64,000 bases of DNA, from contig NC_068987.1 of assembly GCF_001194135.2 (NCBI RefSeq), positions 61,840,150 through 61,904,149 of the forward strand. The letters run 5' to 3'. This document shows, piece after piece, positions 52,401-61,806 of the stretch. Below the pieces are notes generated by a model. The model worked only from the letters and a program-made list of their open reading frames with translations. It ran no database searches and was not told where the DNA came from. Numbering within the stretch: position 1 is the stretch's first letter; the number at the start of each line of letters is the position of its first letter. The position numbers and the translations under genes were made by a program. This stretch comes from Octopus bimaculoides. Its lineage: Eukaryota.

Positions 52401-55400
52401 TAAAAGTTGTTTAGTGGAAAAAAGAAGAAATATAGAAATAAAATAGATAAATGATAATAAATAGTGAAGGCTTTACTATTTTACCAACATGAAACAGTGA
52501 CTAATTCAATAGCAAAAGTTATCTTCTCTTGTAACTCTAAGACTTAATTTCTAATGTAGGGTCAATATTGGTTATACATTTGCACATGTATGTGTAGGCC
52601 TGTGTAAGATTTTTTTAGGAAGATTAGTAGTTGCCAATGCATGCAAGTCTCCCCTCTCCACATCACCCATGTTTATTCATAAGAAAGGCCACCAACTTGG
52701 ACCAATACAGTTTGGCACCAGAGTTATTGCAGGTGTTGCAGCCAGAATGCAAAGAACTGGAACAGATACTGACAAGCATCTCATCTGACCCTTTAACAGT
52801 TCTGTCAATTTGCCACTGTAGATTGATAGTTTTATTTGTTTTATTGAGCCTGAAAAGATGAAAGGCGTAGTTGATCTTGACAAGATTTGAACTCAAGATG
52901 CAGTGAATTAGAACAAGTGCCACACATGTTCTTCCAATACCATAAAACTCTGCCTGTTTGCTGCCTTCAATTTCTAATAAAGACAATGTTTGTTAATTAC
53001 TTCATAACCAGAAATTGTGCCAAGAACTGTAGAGAGAAGTAAACTCCTAGCAAATTAAGTCTGATTGAAATTTGATTCCCAGTGGTAACTATGTCACTCC
53101 ATCTCATTTATGTTAGTAATATCACTGAGAAAGGCATGACAGTCCCTTATTCTTCACAAATTTAAGACCTTTACCTGAATGTACATCTACCCATCCTCTC
53201 CATCCAATATTCTTGGGAGGGTTATGAGAGTAGAGTTCTCAAGCTCTTCCTCCATAGGGTTCTATGAGAAGCAACCATCAATAGACTTTCTGGTTGAATT
53301 TTCAAGCATGACTAACTGAGACTGGTTATTATCCAACGTCTTGTTCTTAGTCTACTCCTAGGTCTCCTTCCAGTTGTGATTCTATCCCAAAGTTTCCATC
53401 ATAAAAATAAAATCCAATTGTCTCGTTAATAAATTAAGAATTGTTCAATGATTTAACATATAAAGCAAGAAATAAAAGTGCAAGTGAAAGGTTTAAGGAA
53501 AAATTCCACTATAAATGATCAGAAACTATTTAATGAATTACTGATCCATCTATAAATGTGTATACCTGCAGAAACTTGACTCCAGAATGTTGTATGTTAT
53601 TAAAAGATGACCAAATAAGTATATATATATTTTTTGTTTTTGTTTTACTTGTAGATTTCTGACAGAGAAGATATTGGAACAGTTAAATGGATGAATGATG
53701 TCCAGAATATTTTGACCCAAAGGGCTGGCATTCTACAAAATCCAAACAATGTCCAGATGATTTATAATTCCATTTGTAATGGAAGTATGTTAACAAGAGT
53801 ATTAACTTTTCAAGATCCTTCAGCTGCAATTCAAGTTCAGAAAGAGTTATGTCAGAACCTTACTCAAAAGCAGGCATTAATGTTAGCTAAAGATTTTCAA
53901 GATAATTTCAGCTGGATAGCTTTTATCGAAGAAGTAAGTAAATTAAAATTAAACCAGAAAAATTTCATTTTTTTTTATTCATGAGGGAGATGAAAGTCTG
54001 TCTTGATGCATGAGATTATGAGGAAGATTCAGGTGATCTTAAAATAGAATTTATAAAATGTCTAAAAACCTATGCAGTAGTAATATTATGATTAGTGTGT
54101 GCAGACTCTTGATTTCCTCTCCCTATTTTCACAGGACACGATACTGATGCAAGAGAATTCCTCTAACCCATTACTTGTCCTGAGTATCCCATGGGATATA
54201 CAAGACATATTTCTCTGGTGTTCATGCATCATATATGATACACATTCCCCAAATTTTTTTTTAATAACCGGAGTAACTTGGGACTTTTGGAAGGAAAGCT
54301 TTATATTACTCAGAATGTGCGAAACAAAGGCTAAGTAAAAATTGGAAAATTGCATAAACATTTAAGACAAACTTACAAAAATATTTTACACTGGGCAAAT
54401 GATTAAGTCACTTTCTGATATTTGTCCAAAATTGCATGTGTGGAAGCTGAAGACACTACCAGTTACTACTGTTAGTATTTATTCTGTTTTTAGCACCACT
54501 TTGAACAACAGTTTTGGGGACATTGTGTTCGTTAGTGTTTAACTTTTAGCATTCAGGTTACTTTGTCAAATACAATGCTTATTTATTCTCATTGTTTTGA
54601 ATTTATCATGCATTTTCTAGTAGCTTTGAAATTTTAATGATATGGTTTTGATTTTTAAAATTACACTATAGGGTGGGTGTGAGACGCTGGATCTGACCAG
54701 TTTGAATATAAAACAAGTAGAATATATGAACCAGATATAGACAGTTTAAAAAATAATTAAGGATTTTAGGACATTAACATTCCCTTTTCTGTACCTTGTA
54801 CATTGAACTCTAAACTGTAATATAATGCATTGCTGGAACCAAAAGTTGGAACTGAAAAACTCAGAAGTGGATACCAGCAATGCTGGTGTGTGATTTATCT
54901 CCATTTTGTTCACACATAAGGAATATTTAAACCAATGACTAGAAATCTGGAGGGTATTTTATGATGACTAAACACTGTGATGTGCCTGACCAGAAAAAGT
55001 TTCACACAAATGGTATTTAAATATCATATAAAAATGGCATATTATTTACACACTTGCATATATATTGACATGAGTATGACATAAAACTGCATTTTGTGGT
55101 AAGGCTCCAGTATGGGAGTTCTGGAGTTGTGCTGAGTGTTGAGTCACCACTTCATTACTAATCCTCCTAGGTTTGTTGTGACTTGGGATGGTTGTACCTG
55201 TTAAACACTTTTCTATAGGCTAAATAGATTTCCCTAGGGTAGAAGGAGCTCCTCTTATTTTTGACAAAGCTTTCTGAGAGAAAGATACTCTGACAAAACT
55301 TGCAGTCAAAATAGTTACCAGTCGTCTTGCAATGCTTGTCACTGGATCGTATTATGGTGACTGAGACACGGGCAAAAGTGTTGTACTAGTTTTCATCACT

Positions 55401-55598
55401 TAAATCCAATGACATAAAATTGTCTAACTATCATTTCATTTCTTGATCTGTTTTGTATTTTATGAAATTCTATGGTGTGAAAAGTTATATCCATGCACGT
55501 GAAAGTAAATCTGATCAAACAGGCTGAATGTGAGATGGATATCATCTGACAAGACGAGACAGTCATCATCATCGTGTGTGTGTGTTTATATATATAAA

Positions 55599-55674
<76 letters not shown>

Positions 55675-58600
55675 ATGTTACGTTACTTCAGTCATGTAAC
55701 CACATGTGCTTTTCTTGGACTATTTTTTTCCTTCTCCGGGCCTTTCATCTCTCCTCTTTCTGACAAAAAGCCATTCTTGAAACATTATACACCTCCTCTT
55801 TTTCCCATCTTATACTGAGTGTCAAGCTAATACATTCCATGTGTACATCCTTTTCACTTTTGTTGTTTTGTTATTTGTTATTTTGAATTTTCGATTTGTA
55901 TATATGTATGTATATGTGTGTGTGTGTATGTGTGTGTAAGTGTGTATCTTTCTCTTCTGTGTTCTACCATCTTTAAAAATTACTATGTTGACAACAGCTT
56001 CTGTTTATTTGCTTATGAACGTGATTATGTTGAATATGGTGCACAATTTTGTATTTCAGTTTGAGAAATATGCGAAGCAAAATACTCATCAGACCTTAGA
56101 CTTGAAAGGTTTGGTGCGGAATTTGGTCCTAGTAGAAGATTTTGTAAGTTGAATTTATCACTATTCAGCATTTAAAAAAATTTTCTTTTTCTGAATTTAT
56201 AAAGAATTTATTTACATTTATATTAATTATCATTTTTTTTATAATATATATTTTACATTCTTAATTATTAAAATAAACTTCAGTATAACATCTTAATACA
56301 GTATCTGAGAAACCAGATTTTATTATTCATTCCATTCTCCCATGTACACAGCAAATAAATATTTAGAAAATTAGAAGAAAAAAGTACAAATTAAATTTCT
56401 GTTTTTATTATCTTTAAACATCTGAATGTTGCTGTTGGCTAAGTTAATTTGACAATGAACAACCACCTGGAAGGCTTATATTTTGTAGATGTGCCAACCC
56501 CATAACCAGAATATGTAACATATACCTGGTCTAGTTCTCTTCCTTGTAAATAGGTACAGTGATGGCTTAATGCTTGAAACTTTAAGCAGCAGAAGCATTG
56601 TAAATCTGATTATTGTTCTTTTTAATTTCCAGTAGTGAGTTCATAGTCTCTATTGGATGCTATTTGGAGAGCTGTGAGTTTTACTCTGCTGAATAGACAG
56701 TTTTCTTTTCTATAATCCAAAATGCTTGGGGAAACAGAAATGCATGCACATGCACGCACACACACGTGCGTGCACGCATGCGCTCGCCATCTTTATATGT
56801 TTATGAGTAAATAAAAGTATGATAATGGTATGAGTGGGTTTAAACTTACTGTTGTGTCCTTGTTATCTATTACTATTTTACATATTCTTAATTTTAAATT
56901 CTTTGAGATAAACCATTTCATTTCAGATGAAATAAAGTTTAATTGCATCATACCATTCTATTTTTCTTTCTCAGTGGAAGAGTATTCAGAAGATGGAATA
57001 TTTGGGAAAAGTTTTTACCAACTGGAATGACATAAGTGATCAGATAAGGAATTTTAATCCACAGTCTTTTACAAATGGTTCTGTTAATTCTACTGCTATT
57101 CTTAACAGCATTAGTAACATATTCTGTGGTCGAAATACCACTTTAGAGTTTTCTGGCTACCAGCAGTCAAAAATTGCCCAAAGGTTGCAGGATTACAGGA
57201 GCCGGCCATCTGTGGAAAAGAATTTAGATGATCTGGATGATACAGTATGTAAGTAAAGTAACATTACTGTGCTATGACATTCTTATTAGAGAAACATTTT
57301 TACTTCTATGTTTTTTTTTCATTAATTTTTTTTATAGAAATATTATGTTGATTAAATAGGAAAGGATTCATAGAAACAATAGAATAATTGGACATAATTG
57401 CTTCACATTATGTAGTCTTGTCCTCCTACATATATTCAATTTTGTTGAGCATATTTCATCATCATCATTATTATTTAGCAAGGGCATCCAGCTGTAGAAA
57501 CTCTGCCAAATTAGATTGGAGCCTGGTGTTGCCATCCGGTTTCACCAGTCCTCAGTCAAATCGTCCAACCCATGCTAGCATGGAAGGCGGACGTTAAACG
57601 ATGATGATGATCCTTATTCCATTCTGATTTGGGTGGGGCCAATATTTAGATTTTTACATCAGTTCTGAAATCAAATCTTACCAAGGTTGTTTTTACTCTT
57701 GATCCATTTTAATGCTATAAGATATGTACCAGTTGCAAAGTGGAATCTTTTCAGTCCATTGCCAATAAAGGTTTTCCTTTTCAGTTTGTTGAAAAAATCA
57801 TTATTGACTCAGAATCTTTTGCATTATTAAGGGTTTTAAGTATCTTACCTATAAAAATATGAAACATAATTATACTGGAGGAAAAGCAATATGTGCACAC
57901 ACACACACACACACACTTTTATGTATACATATTGATTTATTAAATCTAATCTGTTTTAAAACATGTAATAATTACTTGTGAAAATATTCTTGTATCGTTA
58001 AAAGACTTTTTTCAAAATTGAACTAAACAAAAGAATTGATACACATTTTAATTTGCTGTTATAATTTACAGTTTTGTATTGTGCAAACTATAAGAAACAT
58101 TTCTGTTATTGCAAAAGAGAAGTAAGTCATGAAGATAGTGAAAATAATATGATTATAGAATAGATGTTTTTATTGTATTTTGTTTGGTATTCAGACTAAA
58201 TACTATAAAGCATTTGGTCTACCATTTTATTTTTCACCATTTTGACCTCTTACATTTTCATAATTACAATTAATCATTCTGAAATTAAATCTGTGTAGAG
58301 AAGAACTTTCTCTCCTTATGCCCAAGACTTGAGTCAAGTCTGTTGTGAATTAGTCATGGCCTGGCCAATAATGGCCAAAACCAATCTAAATTATCTAAGT
58401 TATACTCTCTCTCCTTTAAAACTTTGATTAATAATAATTTTATTTGACTGTACTTAGCAAAAGAAATAATTATTACAAACAAGAAGCTTTTATTGGATAT
58501 AAGTACAAATCTATAGAAGTTTCAAAATTTTCTCTAAAATTTGTCTTAATTAGTTGAAAATTTATTTGATTTGAAAATGTTCATCTCAATGTATAATTAT

Positions 58601-60809
58601 ATTTCAGCTGATTTCTATAAAGATGTTATGAAATCTCTTGAGAATAATCCCTTAACTCGCTTTTTATGGAAAAATGTGATAAAATCTGTCATGTTAGGGG
58701 TAATACCCTATGCTCCTGATGCTCCCATTGTCAAGAAGATTATAAAGAAGGCAAGTATTATCTCTTGGGTTTCTAAATATGAAAGAGCTAATGAATTTTT
58801 CTTTTAATTTTTTAAATAAATAGTTGTTTGTGAATTTATCACATTTATGATTTCCTGGAAATCAATCAAACAGTTCCAAAAGAATGACTTATAGTTTAAG
58901 GTCTAAATGTCAATAAAGCAACAATTAACGTATTAACTAATAACAAAAACCACATCATAATGGAAGAGTCGTGCATGTAATGGTACCCAAAATATACTGT
59001 GAGACCTCTAGAAGATTAACAATGAATCTGGATTTGCAATGTACTAGATGTGACTATTCCATGTTGTTGGCACCATTATTGTTTTTATGTCATGCAATCT
59101 TTATTTGATTCTTTACAAAGGTTTCACTTTTTTCTACATGTTTCTTCAGATTCTTGATTTGAAATATTAGAATGTTGTGTGACATGTGTATTTTCAGTAA
59201 AAACAGAGATTGAAAATAAATCCAATTATTATTAAGTTACCGTAATCCTTTCCTTCAGAAGATTCTTCTTAACTGTTTTTGTACTATATTTCTGCTAAAA
59301 TACAATGTCTTTTTTTTTTTTTTTTTTTTGTTAATTTTGAAAATAATGAAGAATTTAATAAAATAACTTTATCATTTCTAAAATGGTGTTTGAAACTTAA
59401 ATTAACATGAAATATCAATGAAAATTTTAATTTTGATCACTTTAAATAGTAAGTTTGTATCTTAAAACCAGGGATAGTTTCAGATGGATTGGTATCAAAA
59501 TAAAACAAATCAATATAATTGAAACTTTATGACTCTCATAACATTGTGAAAATTTATAAACATTTTGATTAATGCAAACAGGAAAGACACGTTATTTTTA
59601 TCTTTGAATAGAATGTTTCTTTTCTTAATTTGGTCAAAAAGAAAAAATCTCTGAATATATATGAATAATTATGTGAGAAGTGGACTTTTGACATAAAGTG
59701 TAACATATAAATATTTTCTAAGGAATATATTTATGTGTTGATTTAAGAAACTTAGATAAGAAAATTGAAAAATGTTTATATAGATAAGCTTGTACATCTG
59801 ATCAGTTTGTATGGTTGATTTTCTTTTACATTCATTAATAGTAAACTGAGCAAAAAATGAAACAGTGTGTTTTTTAGAGTATAGAAAGTTCAAGAAAAAT
59901 AATGTTACGTTTTTGTCTATACACGGTTATACTAGATGTCTGAGATGTTTTCAATGGGATTGAACCTAGAATCACATGATTGTGAAACAAACTTCTTTAC
60001 CAAATGGCCATGATTTCAGCCATGTTACATACAAGTCATATGTAATGTATATTGAATATGTAAAGTGGTGAGCTGACAGAACTGTTAGCACACCAGGCAA
60101 AATGCTTAGCAGCATTTCGTCTACCTATATGTTCTGTGTTCAAAATCCACTGAGGTTAACTTTGCCTTCTATTCTTTCATGGTCAATAAAATAAGTACCA
60201 GTTGGGCACTGGGGTTATGTAACTGACTCACCTATTCCCTCAAAATTGTTAGCCTTGTGCCAAATTTTGGAACCAATATATGGAGAATGTCTGTCATCTT
60301 TACTGGAGATGTGGTTCATGTTCCACAAACAGCTTTTGACTTTTCTATCCTCCGAGGTTTCTTAACCCATTATTTACATTCTGTTATTTAGAGCTTTATC
60401 TGCTTCGAGTTTCACTGTTCCAAAAAGAATTATTTCACATCTCTCAAAATTTATAATTTCTTATGATGTAAACAATAAAAACCCTCTTCGGTCATGAATG
60501 ACCATGAGATTGCACCTAGAAAGTTCTCCACCAAGGCACAAGTCTGGGCAAGGTTGTTTATGGAAGGCCAGCAGTCACCCATGCATACCAGTCTCTCTTT
60601 TCCATGCTACTGATGTTATCCAAGGGAAAGACAAAGGCCAATATAGTTTGGCACCAGTGATGTTGCAACTCATTTCTACAGCTGAGTGAACTAGAACAAC
60701 GTGAAATAAAGTATCTTGCTCAAGAACACAACTTACAGCCTGGTCCAGAAATTGAATTCACTACCTCATGATTGTGAGCCCAACACTCTAACCACTGTGC
60801 CATACACCT

Positions 60810-60851
<42 letters not shown>

Positions 60852-61684
60852 ATAATTTGTCACATGGAATCAGTTGTCTGGCTAATGAGGAGAATGAGAG
60901 ATAAAAGTGGGATATTCACTCTTTACTGTCCATATGCCTTTGATAAAAGAAGTTTTGCAAAGTAAACAGAACAGAGCTACAAATTAAATCTGAGTATTTG
61001 ATTTTCTGAGAACTAATTCACTGACATGATTTAGAAATATATTGAAAGGTGTGGCTGTGTGGTAAGAAGTTTACTTCTCAACCACATGTTTCCAGATTCA
61101 GTCCCACTGTGTGGTGCCTTGGGCAAGTGTCTTCTGCTATAGCCTCAGGCCAACCAAGGTCTTGTGAGTGGATTTGGTAGACGGAAACTGAAAGAAGCCC
61201 ATCATATATCTGTGTGTGTATCTTTGTGTCTATGTTTCTCTCCCACTGGTGTTGGTGTGTCTAAGTCCCCATAACCAAGCAGTTCAGCAAAAGATACCAA
61301 TAGAATAGGTACCAGTCTTAAAAAGAGATTAAGTACTGGGGTTGATTAGCTCAATTAAATTCTTCAAGGCGGTGCCCATCATGGCTGCAGTCTAATGACT
61401 GAAACTTGTAAAAGATAAAAGATCAAGATATTAGGTGGTTGGCTACAGTACAAGATATACATTGGTATAATCAAAAATCATTTTCAAAATATACATTTTG
61501 TTACAATTATATCAATATTTTTAGTGCATGAAATTGTAAAATATTTTAAAAGAATAAATGATCTTTAAACTTTCAGGCAAGTGAAGGCTTTGAAAATATA
61601 AGAAACATTTTCAGCGAACTGGTTGAAATTGCAAATAATCCTGATAATATTATTAAGAATTTGCGGAACCTCAGTAAGATACTG
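9925..61684 (+). CDS. ABCA1: ABCA-subfamily ATP-binding cassette lipid exporter (ABCA1/4/7-like), 5'-partial multi-exon CDS: join(9925..9990,23487..23583,35352..35493,38513..38646,47669..47808,53655..53933,56060..56143,56975..57248,58608..58750,61577..61684), 489 aa, continues past the window
   Basis: Ten AG/GT(GC)-bounded exons whose phases chain into one open frame. Diagnostic ABCA motifs: [23 protein letters not shown] (TM1), [50 protein letters not shown]. About a dozen N-X-S/T sequons, as expected for ECD1. The exact paralogue cannot be fixed without a phylogeny. Confidence 0.93.
10838..11250 (-). pseudogene. Degraded maT/mori-type (DD37D) Tc1-mariner transposase, C-terminal part
   Basis: Minus-strand frames give [16 protein letters not shown]...GRLYIW*Q and [43 protein letters not shown] (stop TAA at 10838-10840), typical of Bmmar1-like transposases. 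Confidence 0.82.
11331..11740 (-). mobile_element. tRNA-derived SINE family B, antisense copy
   Basis: Reverse complement of 16497-16911, with an internal CA-rich tract. Confidence 0.8.
12439..13023 (+). mobile_element. 5'-extended family A element with internal 100-bp and 27-bp tandem units
   Basis: 58-bp block repeated at 12439 and 12539; 27-bp unit duplicated at 12604 and 12631; followed by the standard family A tail. Confidence 0.75.
15620..15940 (-). mobile_element. SINE-like family F (second RTE-tailed family)
   Basis: Related to 3480-3660(-), 34330-34480(-) and the interrupted copy at about 44050-45200(+). Confidence 0.6.
16497..16911 (+). mobile_element. tRNA-derived SINE family B, near-intact copy
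   Basis: A box TGGCCGTGTGG, B box GGTTCAGTCCC (16544-16554), central (TA/TG)n tract, tail (AAAAGAGT)n. Second sense copy at 61047-61422; many antisense copies. Confidence 0.88.
17704..17990 (-). mobile_element. Family A element, antisense, fused to an RTE fragment
   Basis: (ATC)n tail and CCATGCTAGCATGG palindrome in reverse orientation. Confidence 0.85.
17992..18415 (-). pseudogene. RTE-clade LINE ORF fragment (linker between endonuclease and RT)
   Basis: [28 protein letters not shown]...[19 protein letters not shown]...EGPAIQI, then after a frameshift [18 protein letters not shown] (RT domain 0). Confidence 0.88.
18721..19267. mobile_element. piggyBac-like MITE family 1 interrupted by a nested MITE
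   Basis: Host halves 18721-18883 and 19201-19267 rejoin to the family consensus ...GCATGATTAATTCAAAAC... Confidence 0.85.
18884..19200. mobile_element. Tc2/pogo-type MITE, 317 bp, TA TSD
   Basis: Left end CCGTGTTTGATGGCGTATAAGATG vs reverse complement of right end CTGCATTTGATGGCGTATAAGATG; TA at 18882-18883 and 19201-19202. Confidence 0.88.
19612..19801 (-). mobile_element. SINE family B, antisense, truncated by gap
   Basis: Homology to 16497-16911. Further antisense pieces at about 6335-6440, 8240-8410, 21368-21532, 27808-28010, 36575-36790, 37401-37505, 39460-39680 and 41500-41610. Confidence 0.8.
20741..21358 (-). mobile_element. Non-autonomous Helitron-like element, 5' part
   Basis: Minus strand begins A|TCTATATCTATAAAAGAGAGG followed by (TG)n, a typical Helitron 5' TC end; CpG-rich relative to flanks; the other end lies in the N gap. 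Confidence 0.55.
21545..21790 (+). pseudogene. Penelope-like element reverse transcriptase relic
   Basis: Frameshifted pieces [27 protein letters not shown] and [24 protein letters not shown] match PLE RT motifs (YTNIPH...GTAMGTxMAPTYANLVMGYLE). Confidence 0.72.
22794..23021. mobile_element. piggyBac-like MITE family 1, opposite orientation
   Basis: TTAA|CCCTTTAGCATT...AATGCTAAAGGG|TTGA. Confidence 0.85.
23487..23583 (+). CDS. ABCA1: ABCA exon 3 equivalent (TM1): [32 protein letters not shown](C)
   Basis: TTCCAG acceptor, GTAAGT donor, 97 nt, phase 0 to 1; matches LLEVAWPLFIFLIL...EC. Confidence 0.93.
24545..24797. mobile_element. Possible hAT (Charlie-like) MITE
   Basis: Begins CAGTGGTTCTCAGC; right end GGTTGAGATCTCATC is a degraded match; no clean TSD. 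Confidence 0.4.
27555..27581 (-). mobile_element. Helitron 3' terminus (hairpin + CTAG)
   Basis: Minus strand reads CCGTGAA-TTT-TTCACGG GTCCAG CTAG|T. Confidence 0.7.
31174..31403. mobile_element. piggyBac-like MITE family 2
   Basis: TTAA|CCCTTTTGTTACC...GGTATCAAAAGAG|TTAA; truncated relative at about 59326-59510. Confidence 0.8.
33396..33878. repeat. Two diverged ~135-bp direct repeats, period 346 bp
   Basis: ATTCAATAATGAATTAAAAG...GACTCCCTCAACATGCTG.GTGTT at 33396-33531 and 33742-33878. Confidence 0.8.
35352..35493 (+). CDS. ABCA1: ABCA exon 4 equivalent: (C)[46 protein letters not shown](I)
   Basis: TTTTCCAG acceptor, GTAAGC donor, 142 nt, phase 1 to 2; strong match to [27 protein letters not shown]...GEAPGVVGNFNKSI. 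Confidence 0.96.
38513..38646 (+). CDS. ABCA1: ABCA exon 5 equivalent: (I)[44 protein letters not shown](G)
   Basis: GACAG acceptor after a pyrimidine-rich tract, AG|GTATGT donor, 134 nt, phase 2 to 1, bridging exons 4 and 6. Weak similarity (LTKVVKD vs VARLFSD). Confidence 0.8.
39893..41440 (+). mobile_element. Helitron derivative: 5'-end-like sequence, PIF1 helicase C-terminal relic, triplicated 3' region
   Basis: ORF 40076-40651 contains [40 protein letters not shown]...[45 protein letters not shown], the Helitron RepHel helicase C-terminus. Start TATAAAAGAGAGATTCTGTCTG resembles Helitron 5' ends. Confidence 0.88.
44120..45045. mobile_element. 926-bp foldback DNA element with ~280-bp TIRs, 8-bp TSD and telomere-repeat core (Merlin-like, tentative)
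   Basis: TSD AAAACATG at 44112-44119 and 45046-45053; ends GGATC...GATCC; arms 44120-44397 and 44765-45045 are near-perfect inverted copies. Confidence 0.9.
44587..44745 (-). repeat. Degenerate interstitial telomeric array, (CCCTAA)n on plus / (TTAGGG)n on minus
   Basis: About 20 CCCTAA-type units with variants such as CCTAA and CCCTAAAA, inside the foldback element. Confidence 0.92.
45610..45696. repeat. (TAA)n-(TAG)n trinucleotide microsatellite
   Basis: Read directly from the sequence. Confidence 0.95.
45701..46053 (+). pseudogene. Non-LTR retrotransposon restriction-like endonuclease (RLE) C-terminus, R4/Dong- or Hero-like
   Basis: [35 protein letters not shown]..., [26 protein letters not shown]... 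and [15 protein letters not shown] match the RLE consensus ENxxxKILWD...RKPDIVV...VPIVIGALG...LLGTARILRKVL. Confidence 0.85.
46278..46371. repeat. (CT)n microsatellite, about 47 units
   Basis: Read directly. Many other (CA)n, (TA)n and (GATA)n tracts occur, e.g. 1420-1500, 2120-2225 and 63015-63070. Confidence 0.95.
47062..47090 (-). mobile_element. Second Helitron 3' terminus, inserted in (TA)n
   Basis: Minus strand reads CTGGGTGAAACCAG GTTTAGCTG CTAG|T. Confidence 0.55.
47669..47808 (+). CDS. ABCA1: ABCA exon 6 equivalent: (G)[46 protein letters not shown]
   Basis: TTTAG acceptor, GTAAGT donor, 140 nt, phase 1 to 0; LQISNFLID resembles LKLQDFLVD. Confidence 0.85.
53655..53933 (+). CDS. 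ABCA1: ABCA exon 7 equivalent: [93 protein letters not shown]
   Basis: TTGTAG acceptor, GTAAGT donor, 279 nt, phase 0 to 0; conserved CNGS...ELC pair. Confidence 0.9.
56060..56143 (+). CDS. ABCA1: ABCA exon 8 equivalent: [28 protein letters not shown]
   Basis: TTTCAG acceptor, GTAAGT donor, 84 nt, phase 0 to 0, open frame; support is splice signals and position rather than similarity. Confidence 0.8.
56975..57248 (+). CDS. ABCA1: ABCA exon 9 equivalent: [91 protein letters not shown](S)
   Basis: Long pyrimidine tract + TCAG acceptor, GTAAGT donor, 274 nt, phase 0 to 1; ISNIFCG matches VSRIVCG. Confidence 0.9.
57480..57611 (+). mobile_element. Family A 3' fragment, sense, intron 9
   Basis: Nearly identical to 88-229. 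Confidence 0.9.
58608..58750 (+). CDS. ABCA1: ABCA exon 10 equivalent: (S)[47 protein letters not shown]; ends at a GC donor
   Basis: TTTCAG acceptor, 143 nt, phase 1 to 0; matches [46 protein letters not shown]. Donor is AAG|GCAAGT. Confidence 0.92.
60481..60805 (-). mobile_element. SINE family E, near full length
   Basis: Minus strand has a tRNA-like head resembling family D; homologous to 2775-3020. Confidence 0.75.
61577..61684 (+). CDS. ABCA1: ABCA exon 11 equivalent: [36 protein letters not shown]
   Basis: TTTCAG acceptor, CTG|GTAAGT donor, 108 nt, phase 0 to 0; ASEGFENI aligns with VNKTFQEL. Confidence 0.82.
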
Positions 61685-61806
61685 GTAAGTGGATTTTACA
61701 ATAAGCATATATGTTTATGGTTTATTTTATACTGTCAACATATAAGGCAATACTAGCTGAATAAAAATGTATTCTAAGTTAATAGTGGAAAGTGCCCATT
61801 TTAGAA

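Noticed and set aside
58755-58760. Canonical GT donor 4 nt downstream of the GC donor
   Set aside because: It would shift the frame relative to exon 11, and sliding the acceptor by the same 4 nt leaves no AG.
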